Below, piece by piece: positions 20,721 through 30,618 of a stretch of 64,000 nucleotides of DNA (the stretch's first letter is position 1; each line of letters opens with the position of its first letter). A program made the translations under genes and the position numbers. Origin of the DNA: Armatimonadota bacterium (GTDB lineage: Bacteria; Armatimonadota; Fimbriimonadia; Fimbriimonadales; Fimbriimonadaceae); the NCBI GenBank assembly GCA_037138755.1, contig JBAXHT010000001.1, forward strand, positions 31,805 through 95,804, given 5' to 3'. Below the pieces are notes generated by a model. The model was not told where the DNA came from. It searched no databases and worked only from the letters and a program-made list of their open reading frames with translations.

Positions 20721-22220
20721 GTGAGCAGCAACTACGGGATTACCCCTCAGGGAGAGAATTTTAGCGAGTGGTACAACGAGCTTGTCGTCAAGGCAGAGCT
20801 CGCGGATCACTCCGCCGTGCGCGGTTGTATGGTCATCAAGCCTCATGGATATGCCATTTGGGAGCTGATGCAGCGCGCGCTCGACGACATGTTCAAGGAG
20901 ACTGGACACGTCAACGCCTACTTCCCGCTGCTCATCCCGAAGTCGTTTTTTGAGAAGGAGGCCGACCATGTGGACGGCTTTGCGAAAGAGTGCGCGGTTG
21001 TGACTCACCACCGGCTGAAGGCGAATCCGGACGGGAAGGGATTGATTCCGGACCCGGACGCGAAGTTGACGGAGGAGTACATTATTCGTCCGACTAGCGA
21101 GACGATTATTTGGAACACCTATAAGAACTGGATTCAGTCGTACCGCGATTTGCCGTTGCTGATTAACCAGTGGGCGAACGTGATGCGCTGGGAGATGCGG
21201 ACGCGGATGTTCTTGCGCACGGCTGAGTTCCTTTGGCAGGAAGGTCACACGGCTCATGCGACATACGACGAGGCCGAACAGGAGGCTTTGACGATTTTGC
21301 ACGAGTGCTACGCGAAGTTTGCTGAAGAGTGGATGGCGGTTCCGGTGGTGAAGGGGATTAAGAGCGAGGGCGAGAAGTTCGCGGGGGCGGATCACACCTA
21401 TACGATTGAGGCGATGACGCAGGATCTCCGGGCGATTCAGGCGGGGACTTCGCACCACCTTGGCCAGTCATTTGCTAAGGCATTTGATGTGACTTTTCAG
21501 TCGGCGGAGGGCAAGTTGGAGCACGTTTACGCGACGTCGTGGGGGGTTTCGACGCGGTTGATCGGGACGCTGATCATGGCTCACTCGGACGATAAGGGGC
21601 TGGTTTGCCCGCCAAAGCTCGCACCGGTTCAGGTCGTTTTTATTCCGATGGGCCGAGGCGAGGTTTGGGATGTGACGGTTGCGAAGGCTAAAGCGCTGGC
21701 GGCTGAGCTGAAGGCACGGGGAGTTCGGGTTAAGGTTGACGACCGGACGAAGGAAGGTCCAGGCTTTAAGGCGAAGGATTGGGACCTGAAGGGGGCTTGC
21801 GTTCGAGTTGAAGTTGGTGGACGCGAGCTTGAGGCTGGGGAGTTGGGCGTTGCTCGGCGGGACTCGGAGGAGAAGCTGCTGGTTCCGGTTGACCAGATTG
21901 TTGATCGGTGCGTGAGCTTGCTGGACGAGATTCAGGCGAATCTGTACGCCAAGGCGCTGGCGTTCCGCGAGGCGAATACGGTTCGGGTGGATACCTGGGA
22001 CGATTTCTTGGCGCGGTTTGAAGGCGAAGGGGGCGGTGGGTTTGTGCTGGCTCACTGGGACGGAACTCAGGAGACTGAGGACAAGATTAGTGAGGCGACA
22101 AAGGCGACGATTCGGTGTATTCCGCTCGTGCCGCTTGCGCCGGGTGACGATCAGCCGGGGGTTTGCGTGATGACGGGCAAGCCGAGTAAGCAGCGGGTTG
22201 TGTTTGCTAAAGCTTATTGA
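20721..22220 (+). CDS. proS: Proline--tRNA ligase (archaeal/eukaryote-type)
   Basis: [69 protein letters not shown]-terminal FAKAY. Confidence 0.97.
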   Translation: MSSNYGITPQGENFSEWYNELVVKAELADHSAVRGCMVIKPHGYAIWELMQRALDDMFKETGHVNAYFPLLIPKSFFEKEADHVDGFAKECAVVTHHRLKANPDGKGLIPDPDAKLTEEYIIRPTSETIIWNTYKNWIQSYRDLPLLINQWANVMRWEMRTRMFLRTAEFLWQEGHTAHATYDEAEQEALTILHECYAKFAEEWMAVPVVKGIKSEGEKFAGADHTYTIEAMTQDLRAIQAGTSHHLGQSFAKAFDVTFQSAEGKLEHVYATSWGVSTRLIGTLIMAHSDDKGLVCPPKLAPVQVVFIPMGRGEVWDVTVAKAKALAAELKARGVRVKVDDRTKEGPGFKAKDWDLKGACVRVEVGGRELEAGELGVARRDSEEKLLVPVDQIVDRCVSLLDEIQANLYAKALAFREANTVRVDTWDDFLARFEGEGGGGFVLAHWDGTQETEDKISEATKATIRCIPLVPLAPGDDQPGVCVMTGKPSKQRVVFAKAY

Positions 22221-22305
22221 GCTGTCTGCTGTCTGCCTTTAGCCTTCAGCGGAAGTGTGGAATCGCCATAATCTTGCTGAGGGCTAACGGCTGACGGCCG
22301 AAAGC
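22221..22305. repeat. Imperfect 30-bp inverted repeat built from 7-nt units
   Basis: 22221-22250 (GCTGTCT GCTGTCT GCCTTTA GCCTTCA GC) matches the reverse complement of 22276-22305 (GCTGAGG GCTAACG GCTGACG GCCGAAA GC) at 24/30. Confidence 0.75.
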
Positions 22306-22314
22306 TTCCGGCCC

Positions 22315-23190
22315 ATGGATGAATCCCAAAAGACCCGAGATGACGCGAATATCTGGCTAGCGCGGTTGTCTCCGTTGCTTTCGCCTAAGCCGGGGTTGAG
22401 TCAGGATGAGGTGGAGAAGAATATCAACACCTTGCGGTCGTTGCAAGGTGAGGCTTCGGATTTGCAGTATCGGCTCGGGTCTCTTTGGGAGCCGGGGGAT
22501 GTGGAGTTGGCGAACACGTTTGGTAACGCTGTGACTCAGTTGCCTTCGATTGAATCGGATTTTCGGAGTCGGTTGGCTTCGCAGCGGTTTCCGGGGCCGA
22601 GGGTGGATTTGGAATCCATTCAGGAGCGGCTGGCGGAGCGCGAGGCTCAGCAGGAGCTGGGGATTCCGACTTCGGTCCACAATGCGCTCTCGTTGAGTAT
22701 TCAAACTTCGCCACGGAACATCGCCGCGGCACTTGGACTGGGGGTCTTTGCCCTTGGATGGAATGCATTTACTTTGATGCACTGCATTCTGATGGTAGGA
22801 GGAATGTGGAGGGCCATGGGGCCAGTTGCACTTTTCATGCTGCTGTTCTACTCCATCTTCTTTGGGGTCGGATTTGCGATGATATGGGGAGTGATCGAGG
22901 CGCTTTCTGTTGAGGAGATTGAGCTGACGGGGCGGTCTTTGCTGATCAAGAAGTCGATCGGTAAGTGGGTTCGGACGAAGATGATCGATCTTGATCCGGA
23001 GTCTCGAGCCGTTGTAGGGATCGCGCAGGCGGGGGTTCGGATGAACAATGGTAACAACCGAGTTCCTCAGCGGGCCGTTTTGATGACAGACTCGAAGGGG
23101 AAGGAAGTTGTTTTTGCCGCTGGAGCAACCGAAGAACTCAGGACGCGGATTGCTCGTCAGGTGAACGAGTATTTAGGGGCGCGGGTTTAG
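22315..23190 (+). CDS. Hypothetical membrane protein (helical N-terminus, two TMs, beta-rich C-terminus)
   Basis: 291-aa ORF with two clear hydrophobic segments; no family recognised. Confidence 0.6.
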   Translation: MDESQKTRDDANIWLARLSPLLSPKPGLSQDEVEKNINTLRSLQGEASDLQYRLGSLWEPGDVELANTFGNAVTQLPSIESDFRSRLASQRFPGPRVDLESIQERLAEREAQQELGIPTSVHNALSLSIQTSPRNIAAALGLGVFALGWNAFTLMHCILMVGGMWRAMGPVALFMLLFYSIFFGVGFAMIWGVIEALSVEEIELTGRSLLIKKSIGKWVRTKMIDLDPESRAVVGIAQAGVRMNNGNNRVPQRAVLMTDSKGKEVVFAAGATEELRTRIARQVNEYLGARV

Positions 23191-23261
23191 GCGGAAAGTT
23201 GGAAGCAAGAAGTCGGAAGACTGGATTGGATGCAACCCGCTTGCGCTCTGCCCTTTTCCGC

Positions 23262-23291
23262 TTGACAACCCCATGACCAACGTCCTAGACT
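23262..23291 (+). promoter_or_regulatory. Sigma70-type promoter, probably leaderless
   Basis: TTGACA (23262-23267), N18, TAGACT (23286-23291), N6, ATG 23298. Confidence 0.7.
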
Positions 23292-23297
23292 TGGGTC

Positions 23298-24107
23298 ATG
23301 TTCAGGAAGTTGACTGCGGAGCAGTCGGAGGCTGTTGCGATCTTCCTGAGCTGGATCATTGCGGGGATGGCGTTTGCGATCCTGAGTGAAGGGATTAAGG
23401 CGCGATTATTCGACTTGCCGTTCGGCCTGAGTTGGGTTCCACCTGGTGTGGCTTTCGTCTGGACGTGGGTTCAATCGATGAGATCGAAACTCCGAGAAGA
23501 CATGCTTTTCATGGTTGTCGTTGGAGCCATTTCTGGAACTTTCGGCAGTAAAGGGATTCTAGGTCTCGTCGCTTCGGTGATTGTGTTTCGGCAGCAAGTT
23601 TTCTTTATGTCCTTGACCATGGTGACGATGCTCATCGTAGGCTGTCTCATCGTCAAAAACTATGTGAAGGCCACTCCAGAATTTCTTCTAAGAAAGAAAG
23701 AGGCGGATGCACTAGCAAACAAATCCATCGAAGATTACGAGGCTGAGTACGCTGGTCTCTCAGAGCTAGAAACTCTTGATCTCAGAGAAAGGCGCATACT
23801 TCAGCCCCCCATAGCAGTTCGCTCGCCAGCCGAGTTAATGCTCCCCATTTTCAAGCAGTTCGCCTACGCATTTCTTTCCTTAGGGGCAGTTTTAGGGTGC
23901 ATAACTACTTCGGCAGTTACCGAGAAGTTCAAACTTTGCGTGGTAGCCGCATTCGGCATCGCCATGATCGAGTGGCTACACAGATTTGGGATGCCAATGC
24001 TATCGAAGCGAATCCTCGACAGCACGATCGATTGGCAAAGGTTTGAGACAGAAACGCTGGAGGCGATACGCGAGCGGCGCGCTGAGCTTCTTCGGAAAGA
24101 TACCTAA
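23298..24107 (+). CDS. Hypothetical multi-pass membrane protein
   Basis: 269-aa ORF with about six hydrophobic segments. Confidence 0.6.
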   Translation: MFRKLTAEQSEAVAIFLSWIIAGMAFAILSEGIKARLFDLPFGLSWVPPGVAFVWTWVQSMRSKLREDMLFMVVVGAISGTFGSKGILGLVASVIVFRQQVFFMSLTMVTMLIVGCLIVKNYVKATPEFLLRKKEADALANKSIEDYEAEYAGLSELETLDLRERRILQPPIAVRSPAELMLPIFKQFAYAFLSLGAVLGCITTSAVTEKFKLCVVAAFGIAMIEWLHRFGMPMLSKRILDSTIDWQRFETETLEAIRERRAELLRKDT

Positions 24108-24131
24108 GCAGAAGCGGCTGGAAGTCAGCGT

Positions 24132-25088
24132 TTAGATTCGCGCAATGACTACGTCCTCGACTAGCCCGGCTGGTTGGGTTTGCCAGTCTTCGGTGGGGGT
24201 TAGGAACCTGGCAATCTCCACTCCTTGGGTGCTGGCGTTGCGGAGGGTTTTTAGTTGGAGTTGGGCGAGGGCGGGGCCGCCTCCGGAGAGCATGGCGAGG
24301 CGATCTTGGGTTTGGAGGAAGGCTTGGGCGGCGACGACTTGGGCGTCTTGCTCTAGCCAGGCTACAAACGCATCACCTTCTTCGGCGAGCATTTCGAGTT
24401 GAGTGGCGAAAGCGGGTGAGAGGTCGGGGACGAAGCGTCGGAGCATTGCGACGGCGTCGCCGAGTTCATCGTACGCCGAGTGCTTGAGGGACGCATTCGC
24501 AAAGGTTTGAGCCCAAGCGGCGGCTTTCGGAGAGAGGAATTGCTCGATCGGTTCGGAAAGCACGAGCGCGGATCCGGTTGGACGGACTTTGCGGAGCATT
24601 TTGGTTGCCGCATAGTCGGTCACGTAGGCTCCAGCTGAGAGGTGAGTTGCCGGACGGCGAAGAATCATCGCCTCGAAGCGGCTCTCGGCGAGGTAGTCGC
24701 GAAGCTCGAGTTCAACAGCGGCCCAGGTTGTCTGTGGCTCGGACGCGATGACCGAGATCCCAAACTCGGTGGTGTCGAATCCTAGCATCTTGATGCTTTT
24801 CTTGCCCTTAAATAGCTTTCGCTTAGGTTCCATTAGCGGGACGACGGCGCAGAGTTCGCCGCCTGAGAATCCGGTGACGATTACAGGCACAAAATCGCGA
24901 CGATGCCGCTCGAATTCGAGCTGGACCAGCGGCCAAACTGACTGAGGGTCACTGCCTCGAGTCTTCTCGAACAGTCTTCGCCAATGGGGTTCTGTCGCAG
25001 CGTAGCCATCCCAACCTCGAACGATTCGGGTAGTGATCTTCTGAACCTGGGTTTCAGAACCTGGCTGGCGCGGAGTGATTACAGACAT
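24132..25088 (-). CDS. GNAT-like protein (CelD/BcsL acetyltransferase type), diverged
   Basis: Layout resembles CelD/BcsL GNATs (W..LF...GSDP...W, ELCAVVPLM, LEQDAQVVAAQ). Start ATG 25088. Confidence 0.5.
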   Translation of the reverse strand: MSVITPRQPGSETQVQKITTRIVRGWDGYAATEPHWRRLFEKTRGSDPQSVWPLVQLEFERHRRDFVPVIVTGFSGGELCAVVPLMEPKRKLFKGKKSIKMLGFDTTEFGISVIASEPQTTWAAVELELRDYLAESRFEAMILRRPATHLSAGAYVTDYAATKMLRKVRPTGSALVLSEPIEQFLSPKAAAWAQTFANASLKHSAYDELGDAVAMLRRFVPDLSPAFATQLEMLAEEGDAFVAWLEQDAQVVAAQAFLQTQDRLAMLSGGGPALAQLQLKTLRNASTQGVEIARFLTPTEDWQTQPAGLVEDVVIARI

Positions 25089-25133
25089 TGACTTGCGGAG
25101 CCTAGGTTGCAAAAGCCGTGCCAGGAAGGGCGG

Positions 25134-25162
25134 TTGACGCCGGAATTTTCGTGAGGTATTAT
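25134..25162 (+). promoter_or_regulatory. Sigma70 promoter of tRNA-Ile
   Basis: TTGACG, N17, TATTAT, 11 nt upstream of the tRNA. Confidence 0.75.
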
Positions 25163-25173
25163 CTATGGGTTCC

Positions 25174-25250
25174 GGGCTAATAGCTCAGTTGGTTAGAGCA
25201 CACCCCTGATAAGGGTGAGGTCGCAGGTTCGAGTCCCGCTTGGCCCACCA
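25174..25250 (+). tRNA. tRNA-Ile (anticodon GAT)
   Basis: GGGCTAA/TTGGCCC acceptor stem, D arm TAGCTCAGTTGGTTAGAGC, CACCC-CTGATAA-GGGTG anticodon arm, GGTTCGAGTCC, encoded CCA. Confidence 0.95.
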
Positions 25251-25335
25251 TTCCACCTCCCGGAACTTCTTTCCTTGGAAGTCAAACGATTGAGGATCTT
25301 TGCGCCCGTAGACTCACGGTAACATTCTGCGCAAG

Positions 25336-26700
25336 ATGCACGAGATGCCTAGACGAGATTTTCTTGCCGCCGCTGGAGCCGCCGGAATTGCCGCAACCGG
25401 TCTTGCCACCCAGTCAACCCCGCGCCGTAAACCAGGTTCGAAGTCGGTTGCCAACCTCGCCGTAAAGCTTGATCGAGTTCGCGCTGCATTTATCGGAGTC
25501 GGAGCTCGGGGCTCTGGCCATCTCAGTCAGATGTGTCTGATCGACGGCGTCGATATCATTGCCGTCTGCGATAACCACTTGCCGACTTTGGAGCGGGCGA
25601 TTAACAATGTGGTGAACCGCCACAAGCGACCAGCACCCGCGGCTTATGGTCGAGGTGATGATGATTACAAGCGAATGCTTGAGCGCAAGGATATTGATAT
25701 TGTCATCATCGCTACTCCCTGGGATCTCCACGCGCCGATGGCACTGGCCGCGATGGAAGCAGGGAAACACGCCTTTGTCGAGGTTCCGGTGGCCGTGACG
25801 CTGGAGGACATGTGGAAGCTTGTGGACACCTCCGAGCGGACTCAAAAGATCTGTATGATGATGGAGAACGTTTGCTACGGACGCGAGGAGCTTCTTGTTT
25901 TGAACATGGCGCGTCACGGCGTTTTTGGTGACTTGTTGCATGGCGAGGCGTCGTACATTCACGACCTCCGAGGACAGATGTTTGAGGTGGAGCACGGGAC
26001 GGGTTCTTGGCGAACCTACGAGTACGCGCAGCATAACGGGAACCTCTATCCCACCCACGGTTTAGGGCCGGTGGCGCAGTATATGGACGTTAACCGGGGC
26101 GATGCTTTCGACTATATGGTCTCGATCAGCTCGCCGGCGAAGATGCGAAACAACTACGCGAAAGAGAAGTTTCCGCCGGACCACAAGTGGAACAAGATGA
26201 ACTTCGTTTGTGGCGATATCAATACGTCGATCATTAAGACGAAGCTTGGTAGAACGATCATGTTGCAATGGGACGAACAGTTGCCTCGGCCTTATTCGCG
26301 ACACAACTTCTTGCAGGGCACTCTTGGTGCTTGGGGCGGATTTCCAGATCGGATGTCTCACGAAACCAACGAAGGTGGCCCAGACGAGTGGAAGTCCGGA
26401 AAGGACTTGGAGAAGTGGTACGAAAAGTACGAGCACCCTCTGTTCAAGCGCATGGGTGAGGAGTCGAAGAAGAATGGCGGCCACGGCGGAATGGACTTTA
26501 TGATGCTGTGGCGCATCGTTTACTGTTTGCGAAACGGGATTCCGGTTGACCAGGATGTTTACGACGCGGTTGCTTGGTCGGCGCCGTTCCCATTGAGCGA
26601 GATGTCGGTGGCGAACCGCGGAAAGTCGATGGACTTCCCCGACTTCACTCGTGGAGAGTGGAAGACGAGGAAGCCCCTCGATAACATGTCGAACGCTTAG
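25336..26700 (+). CDS. Tat-exported Gfo/Idh/MocA-fold GH109 (alpha-N-acetylgalactosaminidase-like)
   Basis: PRRDFL twin-Arg motif, GVGARG Rossmann motif, ATPW..HAPM, EVP, MMENVCY, GNLYPTHGLGP, GGHGGMD. Confidence 0.88.
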   Translation: MHEMPRRDFLAAAGAAGIAATGLATQSTPRRKPGSKSVANLAVKLDRVRAAFIGVGARGSGHLSQMCLIDGVDIIAVCDNHLPTLERAINNVVNRHKRPAPAAYGRGDDDYKRMLERKDIDIVIIATPWDLHAPMALAAMEAGKHAFVEVPVAVTLEDMWKLVDTSERTQKICMMMENVCYGREELLVLNMARHGVFGDLLHGEASYIHDLRGQMFEVEHGTGSWRTYEYAQHNGNLYPTHGLGPVAQYMDVNRGDAFDYMVSISSPAKMRNNYAKEKFPPDHKWNKMNFVCGDINTSIIKTKLGRTIMLQWDEQLPRPYSRHNFLQGTLGAWGGFPDRMSHETNEGGPDEWKSGKDLEKWYEKYEHPLFKRMGEESKKNGGHGGMDFMMLWRIVYCLRNGIPVDQDVYDAVAWSAPFPLSEMSVANRGKSMDFPDFTRGEWKTRKPLDNMSNA

Positions 26701-27218
26701 TTCTTGGTGAAGACGATTGACACCGAAGGGGTCTTCATCCCTTTCGGTGCTCCGCTCTTCGATGCCTGCTCTTGAGCTTGCTTTGATACGTCAAACGTGA
26801 TGGTTTTTCCGTTCGAGCTCAGCGTTCCAACGAGAGTTTTTGGTCCCTTACTCGACTTGCTTCCCGTCATCGTCACTTGGTTACCTTTCATCGTCCAAGT
26901 GCCTTCTTCAGTCTGTGGCTTCTGAGCTCCGGGACCTCCGGTGGTCGTCATGGTGTACTTTCCACCCTTCATAAGGACCGCGTTCATCCGAATTCCGGAG
27001 ACCATGCTCATGCCCATTGCCATCTGCTGATCCATCATCTTGACCTGTTCTGGAGTCATCTTCTTTCCTCCCGCTTCGGCAGCCTTTATTGCTGCAGCCT
27101 TGGCTTCCTTCATGTCCATGTTGATCTTGCCGGTCCATTTTCCGGTGATATCGGCGGCATATGCGCTAAGGGTGAGCGCGAGCGCGCTGACGGCGAGGAC
27201 GGTTCGAGTGAATTTCAT
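26697..27218 (-). CDS. Secreted hypothetical protein (lipocalin-like beta-barrel pattern)
   Basis: Signal peptide, then ADITGKWTG and EEGTWTMKGNQVTM; paralog of 28026-28496. Confidence 0.55.
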   Translation of the reverse strand: MKFTRTVLAVSALALTLSAYAADITGKWTGKINMDMKEAKAAAIKAAEAGGKKMTPEQVKMMDQQMAMGMSMVSGIRMNAVLMKGGKYTMTTTGGPGAQKPQTEEGTWTMKGNQVTMTGSKSSKGPKTLVGTLSSNGKTITFDVSKQAQEQASKSGAPKGMKTPSVSIVFTKN

Positions 27219-27277
27219 ATCTTCCTGTGTTCCTTACGGCAAGAACTACGAGTATTGTGAACGATAGGTTACGATTG

Positions 27278-28045
27278 ATGGTTCCCATACGCTCAAATCC
27301 GCTTTATGATCGACTGGTGGAGCAGCGGGATAGGCCAACGAAAGACCCAGTGATGCGTCAGGCCTGGGAGCACCTGCTTTTCGCTCACGCTCGATGCGAT
27401 GCGGAGGCTCTTGCCCGTGACCTGCCACACGGACTGGAACTTCAGACCTTTGATGGCGACGCCTGGCTGGGATTCGTGCCGTTTGCGATGCGTTCGTTGC
27501 GTTCTTTCCAGCTCACATGGCCCGACTTCTTAGAGACGAATCTACGAACCTACGTAAACCACCCTGTTCATGGCCCTGGAGTGTGGTTCTATTCACTGGA
27601 TGCAAGTGCCTACCTCCCTTGCTTCGGGGCTCGGGCTAATTTCAAGTTGCCTTATTGCTACGCCGGACTCGACTTCGTCGAGAACGCTGACTGCGTGGCC
27701 TACTACGGAACGCGAGTTGACCGCCAGAGACTACCGTGGGTTTACGAGCGGCCTTCACCAGACTTCCGTTACACCGCCGAGGTTCGGGTCAGTGCGGAAC
27801 AGCATCCAGCAGAAGTCGAGTCATTCGACTTCTGGCTTCTCGAACGGTACCGGCTCTATGCCGCGGATCGTAAGGGACGATTGTTGACTGGTCGGGTTTG
27901 GCATGAGCCTTATACAGTTTCCGAACCAGACGTTTTGCGGCTAAGTGTAGAGTCTGGTGACCCCAAGTTTGGAGAACTTCACTTTGAGCACTTCCGATAC
28001 TGTCGGGGAGTCAGAGTGGAGTGTTTCAAACCCGAGTGGGTTTAG
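27278..28045 (+). CDS. DUF2071/YqjF family protein
   Basis: MRQAWEHLLFAH, FDGDAWLG.VPF, FLETNLRTYV, GVWFYSLDA, WLLERYRLY, HEPY. Start likely ATG 27278. Confidence 0.88.
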   Translation: MVPIRSNPLYDRLVEQRDRPTKDPVMRQAWEHLLFAHARCDAEALARDLPHGLELQTFDGDAWLGFVPFAMRSLRSFQLTWPDFLETNLRTYVNHPVHGPGVWFYSLDASAYLPCFGARANFKLPYCYAGLDFVENADCVAYYGTRVDRQRLPWVYERPSPDFRYTAEVRVSAEQHPAEVESFDFWLLERYRLYAADRKGRLLTGRVWHEPYTVSEPDVLRLSVESGDPKFGELHFEHFRYCRGVRVECFKPEWV

Positions 28046-28496
28046 TGGGTTCAGCCTTTTTGACAGGTGCCGGAATTCGGGCGAATACTAGCTTCGTGAC
28101 TGGAAGTCCGGGCTTACTCGAAATCACTACGAGCCACCTCTTTCCGGTTGCATCAAGTTTCGCCGTCATCGAGCGGGATACCTTGGCTCCATTTTCGTTG
28201 GTCGTTATGAGAGTGAGGACTCCCATTTTCTCCTTCCAAATGCCAAAGCTCTTTCGGCGCTCAATGTCGGCTCCGTTCACGGTGGCGACGAATGTTCCGT
28301 CGGCTTTGAGTTCGATTTCGTAGCGAAGGCTTTTGAGGAACGCCTTGCTCATTTGAAGTTTGAGAAGTGCATCGGAGTCCATGCTCTGCGCGATTTTGCT
28401 CGGCCCGAGCATCGCGATCCCAATCCACTTACCGGACACATCTGCCCAGCCCGCCGAGGCGGTGAGAAGCGCGAGCAGAACGAGCAGTTGGCGCAT
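28026..28496 (-). CDS. Secreted hypothetical protein, paralog of 26697-27218
   Basis: Signal peptide, then ADVSGKWIG and FGIWKEKMGVLTL. Confidence 0.55.
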   Translation of the reverse strand: MRQLLVLLALLTASAGWADVSGKWIGIAMLGPSKIAQSMDSDALLKLQMSKAFLKSLRYEIELKADGTFVATVNGADIERRKSFGIWKEKMGVLTLITTNENGAKVSRSMTAKLDATGKRWLVVISSKPGLPVTKLVFARIPAPVKKAEPTKPTRV

Positions 28497-28537
28497 AAAC
28501 CGTCATTATTATGAGGCAAACCGCTAAACTAGTGACC

Positions 28538-30127
28538 GTGAAAGCGCAGTTGCTTTTGGTGGTCGCCCTGGTTTTAGTAGGGTGTGGTAGCGATTCTTCG
28601 GGCGGGGGCGGTTTCTCGTCACGCAAGAATGAGGGGTCTGCAACGACATTCCGCTATGCCCTTTCAAACAACCCGACCACTCTTGATCCGGCCAAAGTTC
28701 AGGACGTGGATACGATGGATCTGCTCGGAAACATCTTCGAGCCGCTTGTTCGGTATGGCGAGGATAACAAAGTCGAAGGCATTCTTGCTGAATCCTGGAC
28801 GGTCTCCAGTGACGGGCTTGTTTATACGTTTAAGTTGCGCAATGCGAAGTTTCACGATGGCTCGCCGGTCACGGCTACCGATGTTAAAGCGTCCTTGGAG
28901 CGTGCGCTCAGTAAAGACATGGCATCTCCGACAGCGGAAACCTATTTGGGGGACATCATCGGAGCGAAAGAGCTCTTGGCGGGTTCTTCGAAGAAACTGA
29001 GCGGGGTTAAAGTTGTTGACCCTAAGACTGTTCAGATCTCGATTGACAAGGCTCGACCGTACTTTCTCGGCAAGCTGAGTTATGCTTGCGGATCGGTGAT
29101 TCCGGCGAAGCAGGGGGTTGAAGAGATTCGTGAGATCAGGACCGCGGTGGGCACAGGTCCATTTGCACTGGAGACGTTTTCACCTGAGCAGCAGGTGACC
29201 CTGAAGGCCTTCTCTGATTATCACGGTGAGAAGCCTGCTATTACTTCGATCCAGAGGCGGATTATCAAGGACGCATCGACGCGGCTTGCGCTCTTCAAAA
29301 GCGGAGAAACCGACATGACGACCTTGGAGAAGCAGGACTGGGCGGCGGTGAAGAACGATGCCAAGCTGAAAGATGAACTCAAGTTAATCAACCGTCCGGC
29401 GGTTTTTTACTTGCTGCTTTCAGCTAAGGCACAGCCTGCGTTTAAGGATGTTCACTTGCGCCGAGCAATGATGATGGCGATTGATCGGGACCGAATCACT
29501 CAGCAGATTCTGGCAGGGGTTCCCACGGCAAATCGTTGGCTGCCTGAAGGGATCAACTCCAAAGCTCCGTCGGTAACTGCTTTTGGATTTGATCCAGCGA
29601 AGGCAAAAGCCGAGCTTTCACTGTCTGAGTTTAAGTCGGGAGACAAGGTTCCGCCGATCGAGATCACGTTTCGGGCTGAGAACTCAGATGCCAAAGCAGT
29701 CGTTGAGGCGGTCGCCGGAGACTTAAGACGTAATCTTGGCGTGACCGTTCAGCCGCGGTCTCTCGAATGGGGGGCAATCCTAAAAGCTCGAAACCGAGGA
29801 GAGCTGCCTTGCGCGTTCCTCAGTTGGTATGGCGACTACATCGACCCGCAGAACTTCCTCTCCATGCTCTTGACCACCGATGCTTCGGCGAACTTTGACA
29901 AGTGGTCGAACCGGGAGTTTGATACTCTGTGCGCCACTGCGGATGTTGAGCCAGACGCTGAACGACGGGCTGAACTTTACGCCAAGGCAGAAGCAATTAT
30001 TCTGACCGATGTTCCAAGGATTCCGCTTTATCATCAGATTGACGGCGTGCTTGTGAACCCTCGGGTTCAGGGGCTTCGATACAATCTATTGGGCTCTTTG
30101 CCTCACAACAAGGTGACCCTCAAGTGA
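28538..30127 (+). CDS. Peptide/nickel ABC transporter substrate-binding lipoprotein (family 5, OppA-like)
   Basis: Lipobox LVGC from GTG 28538, NPTTLDPA, AESWTVSSDGLVYTFKLR, FHDGSPVTA.DV, GTGPF, WYGDYIDP. No permease genes are adjacent. Confidence 0.9.
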   Translation: MKAQLLLVVALVLVGCGSDSSGGGGFSSRKNEGSATTFRYALSNNPTTLDPAKVQDVDTMDLLGNIFEPLVRYGEDNKVEGILAESWTVSSDGLVYTFKLRNAKFHDGSPVTATDVKASLERALSKDMASPTAETYLGDIIGAKELLAGSSKKLSGVKVVDPKTVQISIDKARPYFLGKLSYACGSVIPAKQGVEEIREIRTAVGTGPFALETFSPEQQVTLKAFSDYHGEKPAITSIQRRIIKDASTRLALFKSGETDMTTLEKQDWAAVKNDAKLKDELKLINRPAVFYLLLSAKAQPAFKDVHLRRAMMMAIDRDRITQQILAGVPTANRWLPEGINSKAPSVTAFGFDPAKAKAELSLSEFKSGDKVPPIEITFRAENSDAKAVVEAVAGDLRRNLGVTVQPRSLEWGAILKARNRGELPCAFLSWYGDYIDPQNFLSMLLTTDASANFDKWSNREFDTLCATADVEPDAERRAELYAKAEAIILTDVPRIPLYHQIDGVLVNPRVQGLRYNLLGSLPHNKVTLK

Positions 30128-30618
30128 GGGTCGTCGCGGTCTATCCAGGTACGTTTGACCCGCCGACGAAGGGTCACGCTGACATCATTGAGCGGGCATC
30201 GAAACTCTTTGACAATGTGATTGTGGCAATTGGCAAAAACTCGCACAAGGTGCCGTTGCTTACCGTGGACGAGCGTTTGGAGGCACTCACTGCTATCTCT
30301 CAGCCCTATAAAAATGTCTCCGTTGAGTCGTTCGATGGTTTGCTCGTCGAGTTTGCCAAGGCTAAGGGAGCGAAGTCGATTGTTCGCGGGCTGAGGGCAG
30401 TCGCTGACTTTGACTATGAGTTTCAGATTGCGATGGTGAACCGGAAGCTGGAGCCAGAAGTTGATAGCGTGTTCTTGATGACTCGCTGGGAATATAGCTT
30501 CCTAAGCTCTTCCGTGGTTCGCGAAGTTGCTCTGCTAAAGGGTGATGTGAGCACCATGGTTCCGGACCCGGTGCTCACGATTTTGAGTCAAGCCGTCGAG
30601 CGACGGCTTAAGGGTTAA
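30124..30618 (+). CDS. coaD: Pantetheine-phosphate adenylyltransferase
   Basis: YPGTFDPPTKGH.DII.RA, RGLRAV.DFDYE, ISS-like LSSSVVREVA. Confidence 0.96.
   Translation: MRVVAVYPGTFDPPTKGHADIIERASKLFDNVIVAIGKNSHKVPLLTVDERLEALTAISQPYKNVSVESFDGLLVEFAKAKGAKSIVRGLRAVADFDYEFQIAMVNRKLEPEVDSVFLMTRWEYSFLSSSVVREVALLKGDVSTMVPDPVLTILSQAVERRLKG

Noticed and set aside
28538-30618. Functional link between the OppA-like gene and coaD (4-nt overlap)
   Set aside because: Orphan binding proteins and mixed operons are common, and nothing suggests a shared pathway
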